A stretch of 64,000 bases of DNA from NCBI GenBank assembly GCA_963774075.1, contig CAVZDP010000001.1, positions 108,572 to 172,571 of the forward strand. Reading direction: 5' to 3'. The stretch comes from an uncultured Solirubrobacterales bacterium. GTDB lineage: Bacteria > Actinomycetota > Thermoleophilia > Solirubrobacterales > JBBDJG01. A program made the position numbers and the translations under genes. Below the pieces are notes generated by a model. It was not told the DNA's origin, ran no database searches, and saw only the letters and a program-made list of their open reading frames with translations. Below are positions 48,337-58,017 of the stretch, piece after piece (position 1 is the stretch's first letter; every line of letters begins with the position of its first letter).

Positions 48337-48972
48337 TCAGGCCGGCACTTCGGCGCTGCTTTGGGCCATCGTGCGCATGCCCGTGAAGAACACCGCCAGC
48401 ATCGACCCGTAGAGGTCCTCGCTGACGGCGTCCGGCTCGAGCAGGCTCTCCAGCGCGATGCCGTTCGCCATCGCGAACGTCATCAGCGCCACCTGGTCCA
48501 GGGGCACAGGCGGCTCGAGCCCCAGCTCCTCGCATCTCCGCTCGAGTATCTGCGTGATGCGATCACGAAGCGCGCGATAGCGCGTCACGAGCTCCTCGCG
48601 GAACTCCTCGTTGCGGGCTGCATAGGCGGCGAACTCGAAGAAGAGCCGCTGCCATTCGGAGTCGGCGCGAAGGAAGCGAACGAAGTCCTCGCCGGCCTGG
48701 CGTGCCTGCGCCTCCGGCGACTCACCGCTCGCGACCGCGCTGTCGATCTCCCGCAAGCGGGCGGCGAAGCGCTCGTCGAGCATCGCCAGGAAGAGCTCCT
48801 CCTTGCTCTTGAAGTTCGCATAGAACGCGCCCTTGGTGAAGCCCGCGTCCTCGGCGACCTCGTCTATCGAGGCGTTCTGGAGCCCGCGGCGGGCGAAGAT
48901 CTTCGCAGCGGACTTCATCAGGCAGGAGCGGGTGTGCGCCTGCTGCTCCTTCCGCGTCAGCCTGCGCGGCAT
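48337..48972 (-). CDS. TetR family transcriptional regulator
   Basis: ATG at 48972 (MPRRLTRKEQQAHTRSCLMKSAAKIFARRGLQNASIDEVAEDAGFTKGAFYANFKSKEELF..). This is only the last 211 aa of track ORF 48337..49920. The ATG shares its A with the P450 TGA. Confidence 0.9.
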   Translation of the reverse strand: MPRRLTRKEQQAHTRSCLMKSAAKIFARRGLQNASIDEVAEDAGFTKGAFYANFKSKEELFLAMLDERFAARLREIDSAVASGESPEAQARQAGEDFVRFLRADSEWQRLFFEFAAYAARNEEFREELVTRYRALRDRITQILERRCEELGLEPPVPLDQVALMTFAMANGIALESLLEPDAVSEDLYGSMLAVFFTGMRTMAQSSAEVPA

Positions 48973-50342
48973 CAGGCCGCGACCTCCATGCCTTCGTGCG
49001 CGGCCGGGGCGGCTCGCGGAACCCCACGCCTGCGCTCGACGACCACGACCTCCGCGCCCCGGCTGGGGGTGAGCGTGATCGCGCGGCGCACGACACGCTC
49101 CGGGGCCGGGTGGGCGGCGCGCAGACTCACCTCGCTCACCACCGCGGAAAGCACCGTCTTCAGCTCGAACAGGGCGAAGCTCGCACCGAGGCAGCGGCGC
49201 ACACCGCCTCCAAAGGGGATCCAAGTGTAGGTGCCCGGCGTCGAGTCCACAAAGCGCTCGGGAAGGAAGCGCTCCGGCTCCGAGTAGACGTCGGGCCGCC
49301 GGTGGACCAGGTAGATGCAGGGCGCGACGCGCGCCCCGGCCGGCAGCAGGTGGCCGGCGATCTCCAGCGGCTCGGTCAGGCGCCGCAGCACGATGGGCAG
49401 CACGGGCCGCAGGCGCAGCGTCTCCTTGACGACCGCATCGGCGTACGTGCTCTCGCTCTCGCGCGCCTCCTCGGTGAGGCGCTCGAGCTTGTCCGGGTGT
49501 CGCACGAGCCGCTCGATCGCCCAGGCGAGCGAGGTCGCCGTCGTCTCGTGGCCCGCCAGCAGCAGCGTCATCAGCTCGTCGCGAAGCTCTCCGTCGCTCA
49601 TCGGGCTGCCGTCCTCGTGGCGAGCCTGTATGAGGAGCGAAAGGACGTCGTCGCGCTCGGTGACGGTGGGATCGTCGCGGCGGCGCCTGATCTCCTCCAG
49701 CAGCATCGCGTCCAGGGGGTCGAGCGCGCGTCGAAACGGCCTCAGTGAACGCACCCGCTGCGGCCCGAGGACGGCCACCGTGAGCATCCGGCGCGGATCC
49801 GCCGTCCAGTCCAGGGCGGTCTTGATCAAGGCCCGCAGCCGGTCGAGCCGGTCGGCCTCGCGCACGCCGAAGACGGCACGCATGATCACCTCGAGCGTGA
49901 CGGCCTGCATGCGCGGCCACAGTCGCAGGGGCTCGCCGGCCGGCCAGCCCGACACCTCTCGCTCGGCGATCGAGCGCATCAGGTCGCCGTAGCGCTCCAT
50001 GCGCTCGCCGTGAAACGAGGGCAGCATCAGCTTGCGCTGCGCCATGTGCTGCTCGTCGTCGAGCAGCAGCACGGAACTCGGCCCAACGATCGGCAGCAGC
50101 ACCGCGTTCGCCTCTCCGGCGTGCAACACGTGCGGATCACCCGTGAACACCTGCTTCACCGCATCCGGATGACATAGGAACACCCACGTGCCCTCATGGG
50201 CGATCCGGAGTGAGAAGACGTCGCCGTAGCGCGCCCGGCAACGCTCCATCAAGGGCAGCGGTCGCGTCATCCACTGCACGGTCTGAACGGCGCGAGGCTG
50301 GGGGGGACCGGGCGGCAGTGCGGCCGCGCGCCCGGCCGTCAC
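48972..50342 (-). CDS. Cytochrome P450
   Basis: GTG at 50342 (VTAGRAAALPPGPP..) overlaps the cyclase stop (GTGA). Motifs AGHETT, ETLRLRP (ExxR) and FGGGVRRCLGASFA (heme Cys loop) are present. Confidence 0.9.
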   Translation of the reverse strand: MTAGRAAALPPGPPQPRAVQTVQWMTRPLPLMERCRARYGDVFSLRIAHEGTWVFLCHPDAVKQVFTGDPHVLHAGEANAVLLPIVGPSSVLLLDDEQHMAQRKLMLPSFHGERMERYGDLMRSIAEREVSGWPAGEPLRLWPRMQAVTLEVIMRAVFGVREADRLDRLRALIKTALDWTADPRRMLTVAVLGPQRVRSLRPFRRALDPLDAMLLEEIRRRRDDPTVTERDDVLSLLIQARHEDGSPMSDGELRDELMTLLLAGHETTATSLAWAIERLVRHPDKLERLTEEARESESTYADAVVKETLRLRPVLPIVLRRLTEPLEIAGHLLPAGARVAPCIYLVHRRPDVYSEPERFLPERFVDSTPGTYTWIPFGGGVRRCLGASFALFELKTVLSAVVSEVSLRAAHPAPERVVRRAITLTPSRGAEVVVVERRRGVPRAAPAAHEGMEVAA

Positions 50343-50908
50343 GATCGCGCTCCCGAGAAGCTCTCGAACAAGCGCAGCGAAAGGAGGCGCCCCGCCGCAA
50401 AGCTGCACCCGCGCTCGTAGGCGAGGCGAGCCGAGACCGGCTCGGTCACGTTCTTCAGCCAATGGAGCTCCGCATCGGCCAGCTCGACCGAGTGAAGACG
50501 ACCCGCCGCCTTGTGCGTGGACTCGCTCACGAGCACCTGACCGCCGGCGGCCGCGGAGCACAGTCGCGCGGCGACGTTGACGGTGGCTCCGTACCAGTCC
50601 CCACTGCGCTCGACCGCGGGGCCCGTGTGCATGCCGACCCTGACGGGCGGCAGCCCCGGCACGGCGTCCAGCTCGTTGACGATGCCCAGCCCGAGCTTGA
50701 TCGCGAGGGTGGGGTCCTGGCAGCGCAGCATCATCGCGTCGCCGATCGTCTTCACCTCATGGGCCTCGTGAGCGGGAAGGAGGCCGCGCACGCGTAGATA
50801 GAAGTCGTGCGCCACCTCGGCTGCCCGATCGTCGCCGTTGGCCTCCGTGAGGGCGGTGAAGCCGACCAGGTCGGTGAACAGGAACGTCTGTCGGGTGCCT
50901 GGCGGCAT
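50339..50908 (-). CDS. Class III adenylate/guanylate cyclase catalytic domain protein (stand-alone, 189 aa)
   Basis: ATG at 50908 after GAGGAG; ..FLFTDLVGFTAL.., ..KTIGDAMM.., ..G.HTGP...... GATVNVAARL.. Confidence 0.85.
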   Translation of the reverse strand: MPPGTRQTFLFTDLVGFTALTEANGDDRAAEVAHDFYLRVRGLLPAHEAHEVKTIGDAMMLRCQDPTLAIKLGLGIVNELDAVPGLPPVRVGMHTGPAVERSGDWYGATVNVAARLCSAAAGGQVLVSESTHKAAGRLHSVELADAELHWLKNVTEPVSARLAYERGCSFAAGRLLSLRLFESFSGARS

Positions 50909-50999
50909 CGGATCTCCTCGGGTCGGCGAGGGCAAATCAGATACCGGATAGTACGCGAATACCGGGAGGTATGCAAGCTGCCCATAGGATCCTTCCGCG

Positions 51000-51764
51000 G
51001 TGGCGGAGCAGGTCCTGATCCCAAAGCGCTTCAACGGTCCCCCGAGCACCGGTCACGGCGGCTATTCGTGCGCGATGGCGGCGCAGTTCCTGGAGGGGCC
51101 GGCCGAGGCCACGCTGCGCGCCCCGCCGCCGCTCGATACTCCCCTCGCGGTGGAGCGGGACGGCGAGGAGGTGCGCCTTCTCGAAGGGCCGACGATGGTC
51201 GCCGGTGCGCGCTCGGCCCCATCCGGCCTCGGGCTCGACGGCGCGGTGCCGGAGCCGGTCTCGCTCGAGGCGGCTCGGGTCGCGACGGCCCGCTCGCCGC
51301 TGCTCGACCACCACCCATTCGACACCTGCTTCGTCTGCGGCACCGGGCGCGCCGAAGGCGACGGCATGCGCCTGTTTCCGGGGCCGGTCGAAGGCCGCGA
51401 GGTCTTCGCGGCGCCGTGGCGCCCGCACGGCTCCCTCGCCGGCGAGGACGGCCGCGTGCGCTTCGAGTTCGTGTGGTCGGCGCTCGACTGCCCGGGGGGT
51501 AACGCCGCATGGATGGTGGGCGACGTCGGCATCGCGGTGCTCGCCCGGATGGGGGCGAGCATGCTCGCGCCCGTGGACGCCGGCGATGACCACGTGGCCA
51601 TCGGTTGGGTCGTCGGCCGCGATGGGAGAAAGCTCACGGTCGGCTCGGCGATCCACACCGCAGACGGTCGTCTTTGCGCCCTCTCGCGCGCGCTCTGGAT
51701 CGAGCTGACAGAAGACCAGATCGCCGCGCTCGGCACGACAGAGCCGACGAGCCCTGAAGGCTAG
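51000..51764 (+). CDS. Hotdog-fold (PaaI-like) thioesterase family protein
   Basis: GTG start; ..STGHGGYSCAMAA.. and ..CFVCG.....GDGMRLF.. are motifs typical of this thioesterase group. Confidence 0.6.
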   Translation: MAEQVLIPKRFNGPPSTGHGGYSCAMAAQFLEGPAEATLRAPPPLDTPLAVERDGEEVRLLEGPTMVAGARSAPSGLGLDGAVPEPVSLEAARVATARSPLLDHHPFDTCFVCGTGRAEGDGMRLFPGPVEGREVFAAPWRPHGSLAGEDGRVRFEFVWSALDCPGGNAAWMVGDVGIAVLARMGASMLAPVDAGDDHVAIGWVVGRDGRKLTVGSAIHTADGRLCALSRALWIELTEDQIAALGTTEPTSPEG

Positions 51765-51816
51765 GATAGGCGCCCGCGGCGAGAGCCTTCCCTAAACGAG
51801 CACGAGGAGCAATTCA

Positions 51817-52419
51817 ATGGCATACACGGTTCCCGACCTGCCCTACGCGTACGACGCGCTCGAGCCTCACATCGACGACGCAACGATGCGCCTACACCAC
51901 GACAAGCACCACCAGGCCTACGTGGACAAGGCGAATGCGGCGCTGGAGGGAACCGAGTGGGTGGACAAGCCGGTGGAGGACGTGCTGCGCAATCTCGACA
52001 AGCTCGGCGACAAGGCGACGGCAGTGCGGAACAACGGCGGGGGCCACTACAACCACTCGCTGTTCTGGGAGTGGATGAGCCCCGACGGCGGCGGTGAGCC
52101 CGATGGCGACCTCGCGGCCGCGATCGAGTCGGCCTTCGGGTCGTTCTCGAGCTTCCAGGAGGAGCTCAAGACCGCGGGAATCAACCGCTTCGGCTCTGGC
52201 TGGTCGTGGCTCGTCCACGACGGCAGCGGGCTCGCGGTCGTGTCGTCGGCGAACCAGGACAACCCGATCTCCGACGGCCAGACGCCGCTGCTCGGCGTCG
52301 ACGTCTGGGAGCACGCCTACTACCTCAAGTACCAGAACCGGCGCCCGGACTACATCGACGCCTGGTGGAACGTCGTCAACTGGCCCAAGGTCGCCGAGCG
52401 CTTCTCGGCCGCCTCGTAG
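51817..52419 (+). CDS. sodA: Fe/Mn superoxide dismutase
   Basis: 200 aa; ..[24 protein letters not shown]; ..[17 protein letters not shown].. Confidence 0.96.
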   Translation: MAYTVPDLPYAYDALEPHIDDATMRLHHDKHHQAYVDKANAALEGTEWVDKPVEDVLRNLDKLGDKATAVRNNGGGHYNHSLFWEWMSPDGGGEPDGDLAAAIESAFGSFSSFQEELKTAGINRFGSGWSWLVHDGSGLAVVSSANQDNPISDGQTPLLGVDVWEHAYYLKYQNRRPDYIDAWWNVVNWPKVAERFSAAS

Positions 52420-52437
52420 GACCGTCTAACACCCCAG

Positions 52438-53355
52438 CTAGCGCGAGCGACTCTGGCGCTGGGCGAACTGCGCGATCAGGGCGGCGGTCCGCGCGGGCTC
52501 TTCGACGTGCGGGCTGTGCCCGGTCTCAGGTAGCGAGACGATTGTCGCCCCCGCAACGCGCTTGAAGTCGCCGGACGAGTCGGGGTCGACGATCTCGTCC
52601 TCGGCCCCGTAGATCACGAGCAGGGGCTTGCCGGCCGCGGCGAGACGATCGACTGAGGGCCGCTCGTCCTGGAAATCCGATGCTCCGTCGTGCGAGCCGT
52701 CGTAGGAGCTGTAGGTCATGCGCCGGAAGTCCTCGACGAACTGGGCCGGGATGTCGGGGTCGCCGTGGAAAGCGTCCTTGAGGTTGTCCTCCACGACGCT
52801 GTCCGGGACGACGCGCCGAATGGCCTGCCCGAGCACCGGCACGAACCCGAGTCGCGCGAGGAAGGGAAGCTCGCCCGACTCGCCGTCGGGCGGGCTCGCG
52901 ACCATCACGACGCCGCCCACGAGGGACGGGTCGATCTCGGTCAAGGCGGTCGCGACGCCGCCGCCCATCGAGTGCCCGGCAAGGATGGCCCGGCGCACTC
53001 CGAGCTCGTCCAGCGCCTGCTGGACGAGCCGCGCCTGGTTCTCCATCGAGTAGCCATCTCTGGGCTTGGCCGAGCCTCCGTGGCCGAGAGAGTCGACTCG
53101 CACGACGTGCAGGTCGCGGGCGAGCCGCTTGGTCGCCTCCGTCCACCAGTGCATCGAAGTCGCGAACCCGTGCAGCAGGACGACCGTCGGGGCGTCGGCC
53201 GGGCCGTCTTCTCGTATCTGGATGTTGCCGCCCGAAAGGTCGAGCACGCGGCCGATGTCCGCCTCGGCGTCCTTCGTCTCCCGGTTGGTGACGATCGTGT
53301 TGACCGCCAGCAACACCGCAAGGGCCACCAGCGCCGCGAGCAGTAGTCGCCTCAT
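52438..53355 (-). CDS. Alpha/beta hydrolase with N-terminal membrane anchor/signal
   Basis: ATG at 53355 (MRRLLLAALVALAVLLAV..); ..VVLLHGF..; nucleophile elbow GHSMGG. Confidence 0.85.
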   Translation of the reverse strand: MRRLLLAALVALAVLLAVNTIVTNRETKDAEADIGRVLDLSGGNIQIREDGPADAPTVVLLHGFATSMHWWTEATKRLARDLHVVRVDSLGHGGSAKPRDGYSMENQARLVQQALDELGVRRAILAGHSMGGGVATALTEIDPSLVGGVVMVASPPDGESGELPFLARLGFVPVLGQAIRRVVPDSVVEDNLKDAFHGDPDIPAQFVEDFRRMTYSSYDGSHDGASDFQDERPSVDRLAAAGKPLLVIYGAEDEIVDPDSSGDFKRVAGATIVSLPETGHSPHVEEPARTAALIAQFAQRQSRSR

Positions 53356-53365
53356 CGCGCGAACG

Positions 53366-53926
53366 CTATCGCGGGAAGCGCAGCGCCGCCTGCTCGCGCT
53401 CGACGCCGCATGCGTTCGCCATGAACGAGACCAGGTGGTAGAAGGCGGCGACGGCAATCAGCTCTACGAGCCGAGGCTCGTCGAAGTGCTCAGCGAGGCT
53501 CTGCCAGAGCCCATCCGAGACCGTGGCCGTGTCGTGGAGCTCGTCGGCAAGGCGCACCAGCAGCGACTGCCGCTCGGACCAGGCCTCGTCGTCGGACGAC
53601 CCGGTCACGGTCGCCTCGAGCTGCTCCTCCGTCAGGCCGAGCGGCCCGGCAAAGACGGCGGCGTGCACGCCCCACTCGTACTCGCAGGCACAGCGCGCGC
53701 AGGTGCGGTGAATGACGATCTCACGATCCAGCGGGTCCAGCAGGCCGAAGTTGAGTATGTAGGCGCCGGTGGTGCGGAACCTCTCCAGGATGTGGCGGTT
53801 GTGCGCGACGGTCCTGAAAAGCTTCAGCGGCTCGACGCCGGGCGGCATCATCCGCTCGAGCGTTCTGGCGAGCTCCGGCTCGTAAGGCGGCTCGAGCGGC
53901 TGGATCCGAGTGGCGGTCGTGGTCAT
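53366..53926 (-). CDS. Carboxymuconolactone decarboxylase (AhpD-like) family protein
   Basis: ATG at 53926 (MTTTATRIQPLEPPY..); ..REIVIHRTCARCACEYEWGVHA.. Confidence 0.7.
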   Translation of the reverse strand: MTTTATRIQPLEPPYEPELARTLERMMPPGVEPLKLFRTVAHNRHILERFRTTGAYILNFGLLDPLDREIVIHRTCARCACEYEWGVHAAVFAGPLGLTEEQLEATVTGSSDDEAWSERQSLLVRLADELHDTATVSDGLWQSLAEHFDEPRLVELIAVAAFYHLVSFMANACGVEREQAALRFPR

Positions 53927-53944
53927 GGCACCCCCTGGTCTATG

Positions 53945-53985
53945 CTTCGGAAATCGAAGCGATGCTATCACTTCGAAATTCGAAG
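53945..53985. promoter_or_regulatory. Two 15-bp palindromes CTTCG-N5-CGAAG in the divergent CMD/HxlR promoter region (candidate operators)
   Basis: CTTCGGAAATCGAAG (53945-53959) and CTTCGAAATTCGAAG (53971-53985), centres 26 bp apart, in an AT-rich island. Confidence 0.5.
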
Positions 53986-54002
53986 CACAACGCGGCGCGG
54001 TT

Positions 54003-54326
54003 GTGAGCCCGCCCGTTCCCGGTGGGCCGGTTCGGGGCTCGCGCACCGGTCGCCCGATCATGGCCCTGCTCGACCTGCTCGGGCGCAGGTGGACGCTGAG
54101 GGTGTTGTGGGAGCTGCGGGCGCAGCCTCAGACCTTCAGGCAACTACAGGAGCGCTGCGACTCCATGTCGGCGAGCGTGCTGAGTCAGCGGCTCTCGGAG
54201 CTTCGGGAGGCGGGCATAGTCGAGCATGGTCCCGACTCGGCCTACGCGCTCAGCCCCGAGGGCCGGAAGCTTCTGGGAGCGCTCGCCGGGCTCGACGCCT
54301 GGGCCAAGCGCTGGGCTCAGCGGTAA
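54003..54326 (+). CDS. HxlR family (winged-helix) transcriptional regulator
   Basis: ..IMALLDLLGRRWTLRVLWELRAQPQTFRQLQERC.SMSASVLSQRL.ELREAGIV.. The start is uncertain (GTG 54003, ATG 54060, or track 53910). Confidence 0.8.
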   Translation: MSPPVPGGPVRGSRTGRPIMALLDLLGRRWTLRVLWELRAQPQTFRQLQERCDSMSASVLSQRLSELREAGIVEHGPDSAYALSPEGRKLLGALAGLDAWAKRWAQR

Positions 54327-56173
54327 GGCCCGGTCTTCTGGAAGATGGCCTGGATGTCGGCGAACCCCGGCTTCGGGCGGCCGCCGTCGTCGATCAGGCC
54401 CTTCTGGTTGAGCGGCGGCTTGGGGAACGGGTTTCCGCCCACCCAGCCCGGCTTTACACGGAAGTCGCGCAGGTTCCAGATCAGCGCCCCGTTGATGAAG
54501 GGGCGCTGCGCGAAGACGTCGAAGTGGTACGCCAGAAACTGGCGCTGGAAGTCATAGGTGCCCTTTTCCGTCGCCGGGCCGGGGCGGCTGGCCTCGGCCC
54601 CGACCTCGGTGATGAAGATCGCCTGATTCGGGTAATCGGAGTGAAGTCTGTTCAGGTAGCCGCCAAGCTGCCCGGCATCGGCGATCGTGCCGCGCGGGCC
54701 GTTGTACCAGCCGAAGTAGTCGTTGATGCCGAGCACGTCGAGCTCCGTGTAGATCCGCTGCTTCTCGACCGTGGGAAAGCCGGAGGTTGCGACTCCGACG
54801 AGACGCGTCGGGTCGAGGCTCTTCGCGGTGCGCTCGGCCTTGCGTATGTACTTGCGAAGCCCCGTCCCCGGCCGGGAGGCGTTCTCGTTCCCGAGGCTCC
54901 AAACCATCACCGATGGGTGGTTTCGGTCTCGCAGGATCTCGGTGCGAAGCATCCGCAGAGCCTTCAGGCGCACCTCGGAGTTCGCGAACAGCGAGCTCCT
55001 CATGCGGAAGACCGGGATCTCGGACCAGATCAGAACGCCGTTGCGGTCGGCCAGCTCGAGGAAATAGGGATGGAGCGGGTAGTGCGCGCGCGTCATCTTC
55101 GCGCCCAGCCGTTTGAGCCAGCCCATCGCCGTACGCATCTGCTTCGGGCCGATCGCCGCGCCGAGAAGCGGGTGGTCCTCGTGGATGGACGCGCCGGGCA
55201 GGTTGACCTCGCGGCCGTTCAGCTCGACGCGGCCGAGCCGGTTCACGCGCAGAGTGCGGATTCCCGTGTGCACGCGATAACGCTGCACCTCGCGGCTCCC
55301 CTCGTAGAGCCTCAACCGGAGGGTGTAGAGGCGCGGCCTGTCGGGCCACCACAGCCGCGGGTTCCGGATTCGGACCCGGCCCCTGAAGCGGCGAGAGCCG
55401 CGGCCCGGCACCCGGTGGCCGATGAAGCGCACCCGCTTGCCGCCGAAGGTCGCAACGATGCGCGCGCGGCGCCCGTGATTGGAGAGGTTGTGGATCGCCG
55501 CCTCGACGTTGATCCGAGCCGCGCAGCTGCGGCAGCGCAGTGATGGGCGCGCGTAGACGTTCTGGACGTCGAGATTCGACACGCGCCGCAGGTAGACCTC
55601 GCGCAGGATGCCGGTGTAGTTCCACCATCCGCCCTCGAAGGCGCCGGAGCTACGTACGGACAGCGGCGGGATGTCGAATTTCTGGCGGCGGCCGTCCACC
55701 CGCACGACGAGACGGTTGACGCCCCGGCGCGCGCCCTTCGCGCGCAGCTCGAAGGGCAGGTAGGCGCCGACGTGGGAGCCGAGCGGGCGGTCGTTCAGCC
55801 ACACCTTCGCGCGGTAGTTGACCGACTCGAACCTCAAGATCCATTTCGAGTCGCGGCTGCCCTTGGGGAGTCTGAAGTCCTTGCGGAACCACTGGACGCT
55901 GCCGAGGTAGCTGTCGTTCGAGAAGTTGCCCGCGTTGACCGCCCGCGGCACCGACGTGGGCGACCAGCCTGAGAGGGATTTCTGGCGCTGGAAGCGAAGG
56001 GCGACCCCCTGGTCGGCCGGATCCGGGCGGACCTGCCAGGCTCCCTCCAGCAGAAAGCGCCCGCTCGGCCCGTCGCGGTAGATGCTCTTGGCCTTCGGGG
56101 TGGAGGCGGCCTCGGCGGCCGGGGGCACGAGCAGCAGGGCGCAGCAGGCCGCGGTCAGGGCAGAGCGTCTCAT
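54317..56173 (-). CDS. Glycoside hydrolase family 2 protein with signal peptide
   Basis: MRRSALTAACCALLLVPPAAEAAS..; ..RDRNHPSVMVWSLGNE.. (GH2 acid/base region); sugar-binding, Ig-like and TIM-barrel-length architecture. Confidence 0.85.
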   Translation of the reverse strand: MRRSALTAACCALLLVPPAAEAASTPKAKSIYRDGPSGRFLLEGAWQVRPDPADQGVALRFQRQKSLSGWSPTSVPRAVNAGNFSNDSYLGSVQWFRKDFRLPKGSRDSKWILRFESVNYRAKVWLNDRPLGSHVGAYLPFELRAKGARRGVNRLVVRVDGRRQKFDIPPLSVRSSGAFEGGWWNYTGILREVYLRRVSNLDVQNVYARPSLRCRSCAARINVEAAIHNLSNHGRRARIVATFGGKRVRFIGHRVPGRGSRRFRGRVRIRNPRLWWPDRPRLYTLRLRLYEGSREVQRYRVHTGIRTLRVNRLGRVELNGREVNLPGASIHEDHPLLGAAIGPKQMRTAMGWLKRLGAKMTRAHYPLHPYFLELADRNGVLIWSEIPVFRMRSSLFANSEVRLKALRMLRTEILRDRNHPSVMVWSLGNENASRPGTGLRKYIRKAERTAKSLDPTRLVGVATSGFPTVEKQRIYTELDVLGINDYFGWYNGPRGTIADAGQLGGYLNRLHSDYPNQAIFITEVGAEASRPGPATEKGTYDFQRQFLAYHFDVFAQRPFINGALIWNLRDFRVKPGWVGGNPFPKPPLNQKGLIDDGGRPKPGFADIQAIFQKTGPYR

Positions 56174-56336
56174 GCGGGCGCAAAGTTAACCGCTGCTCAG
56201 GTCGAAAGCGCCGTCCTGCGCGCGAGCGAGCCTCATTCGGCAAGCCTGGAGAGCGCCCGCCCGCACCGGCAGGAGTACGCTTGCCGAGCCCTGCGGCTCG
56301 CAGGGCAGAGCCGTAATCCCGAGCCAGGAGGACCAA

Positions 56337-57515
56337 TTGACGGAAGTAGTGATCACCTCGGCCGCTCGCACCGCCGTCGGACGCTACGGCGGCAGCCTGA
56401 GGGACGTGCCGCCGACGGAGCTGGGCGCGATCGCCACCCGAGAGGCGCTGGAGCGCTCGAGCATCGAGCCCGACCAGGTCGATCAGGTGGTGTTCGGAAA
56501 CGTCATCCACTCGGCGCCCGAGGACATGTACATGGCGCGGGTGGTGGGCATCAAGGCCGGGATTCCGAAGGAGGTCCCCGCGTTCACCGTGAACCGACTC
56601 TGCGGCACCGGCGTCCAGGCGATCGTCTCCGCGGCGCAGACCATCGCCACCGGCGATGGGGACGTGGTGCTGGCCGGAGGAGCGGAATCGATGAGCCGCG
56701 GCCCCTACTGGATGCCCGCCGCTCGCTGGGGTGCGCGCATGGGGGACGCCGCGGTCGTGGACCCGGTGGTCGGCGGCCTGACCGATCCGTTCAACGACAT
56801 CCACATGGGTGTGACGGCCGAGAACCTCGCAGAGTCGCACGGCATAACGCGTGAGGAGCAGGACGAGTTCTCGGTCGAGTCGCACATGCGCGCGCTGCGG
56901 GCTCAGGAGGAGGGTCTGTTCGACGACGAGATCGTCCCGGTGGAGCTCAAGTCGAAGAAAGGGACGAGCGAGTTCACGCGCGACGAGCACGTGCGGCCGG
57001 ACGCTTCGATCGAAGGAATGGCGAAGCTGAAGCCGGTGTTCAAAAAGGACGGCACCGTGACCGCCGGAAACGCCTCGGGGATGAACGACGCGAGCGCCGC
57101 GGTGGTGCTGATGTCCGCCGAGCGAGCGGAGCAATTGGGAGCGCCCGTCAGGGCCCGCATCCTCTCGTACTCCTACTGCGGCGTCGACCCGAAGGTGATG
57201 GGAATCGGTCCTGTGCCGGCCGTGAGGAAGGCGCTCGAGCGAGCCGGCAAATCGCTCGAGGACGTCGACGTGATCGAGCTGAACGAGGCCTTCGCGGCTC
57301 AGTCGCTGGCCGTGATCAAGGATCTGGACCTCGACCGCGAGATCGTTAACCCGAACGGGGGCGCGATCGCCCTCGGACACCCGATCGCTGCGACCGGCGC
57401 GGTGATCACGGCGAAGATCCTGAGTGAGATGGAGCGCCGGGACCACAAGCTCGGGCTGGTCACGCTCTGCATCGGCGGCGGCCAGGGCATCGCGATGCTG
57501 CTGGGCCGCGACTAG
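56337..57515 (+). CDS. Acetyl-CoA C-acetyltransferase (thiolase II)
   Basis: TTG start after CCAGGAGG; ..[12 protein letters not shown].. (active Cys); ..[12 protein letters not shown]..; ..CIGGGQG.. Confidence 0.95.
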   Translation: MTEVVITSAARTAVGRYGGSLRDVPPTELGAIATREALERSSIEPDQVDQVVFGNVIHSAPEDMYMARVVGIKAGIPKEVPAFTVNRLCGTGVQAIVSAAQTIATGDGDVVLAGGAESMSRGPYWMPAARWGARMGDAAVVDPVVGGLTDPFNDIHMGVTAENLAESHGITREEQDEFSVESHMRALRAQEEGLFDDEIVPVELKSKKGTSEFTRDEHVRPDASIEGMAKLKPVFKKDGTVTAGNASGMNDASAAVVLMSAERAEQLGAPVRARILSYSYCGVDPKVMGIGPVPAVRKALERAGKSLEDVDVIELNEAFAAQSLAVIKDLDLDREIVNPNGGAIALGHPIAATGAVITAKILSEMERRDHKLGLVTLCIGGGQGIAMLLGRD

Positions 57516-57551
57516 AATCAAGCAACGCTAAGGGAGAGTTAGGAGGAAAGG

Positions 57552-57980
57552 TTGCCAGTTTTCAAGAACGACCAGGAGGTCTACGACTACATCGGCAAGC
57601 TCTTCAAGGACCTTGCCGACGACGAGGAGCTCGGGCCTCGCTTCCGCAAGGCGGACACGATCGTCCAGTACAAGTACACCAATCCCGACTCGCAAATCAC
57701 GGTCAAGATGAAGGACGGCCAGGATGGGCAGGTGGACTTCGGGCCCACCGAGCTCGATCCGGAGATCGTGATGGCGATGGAGGCCGACACCGCGCACAAG
57801 TTCTGGCTCGGGAAGGTGAACGTGACGATGGCGCTCGCCCGCGGCCAGATGAAGGCGAAGGGGCCGGTGGCGAAGATCCTCAAGCTGGTGCCCCTGACAA
57901 AGCCGATCTTCCCGCGCTACAAGGCCATTCTCGAAGAGAAGGGCCGCCAGGATCTGGTGAAGGCGGCGGAGGCGGCGTAG
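57552..57980 (+). CDS. SCP2 sterol-carrier domain protein
   Basis: TTG start after GGAGGAAAGG; 142 aa; ..F.LGKVNVTMALARGQMKAKGPVAKILKLVP.. Confidence 0.7.
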   Translation: MPVFKNDQEVYDYIGKLFKDLADDEELGPRFRKADTIVQYKYTNPDSQITVKMKDGQDGQVDFGPTELDPEIVMAMEADTAHKFWLGKVNVTMALARGQMKAKGPVAKILKLVPLTKPIFPRYKAILEEKGRQDLVKAAEAA

Positions 57981-58017
57981 CCAAAACCCACCAACCGCAC
58001 GAACGAACGGAGGCTCG

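Noticed and set aside
48973-49920. N-terminal 316 aa of the 527-aa ORF 48337..49920
   Set aside because: Only the last 211 aa (from ATG 48972) form a TetR regulator. The upstream part overlaps the P450 gene in another frame and has junk composition.
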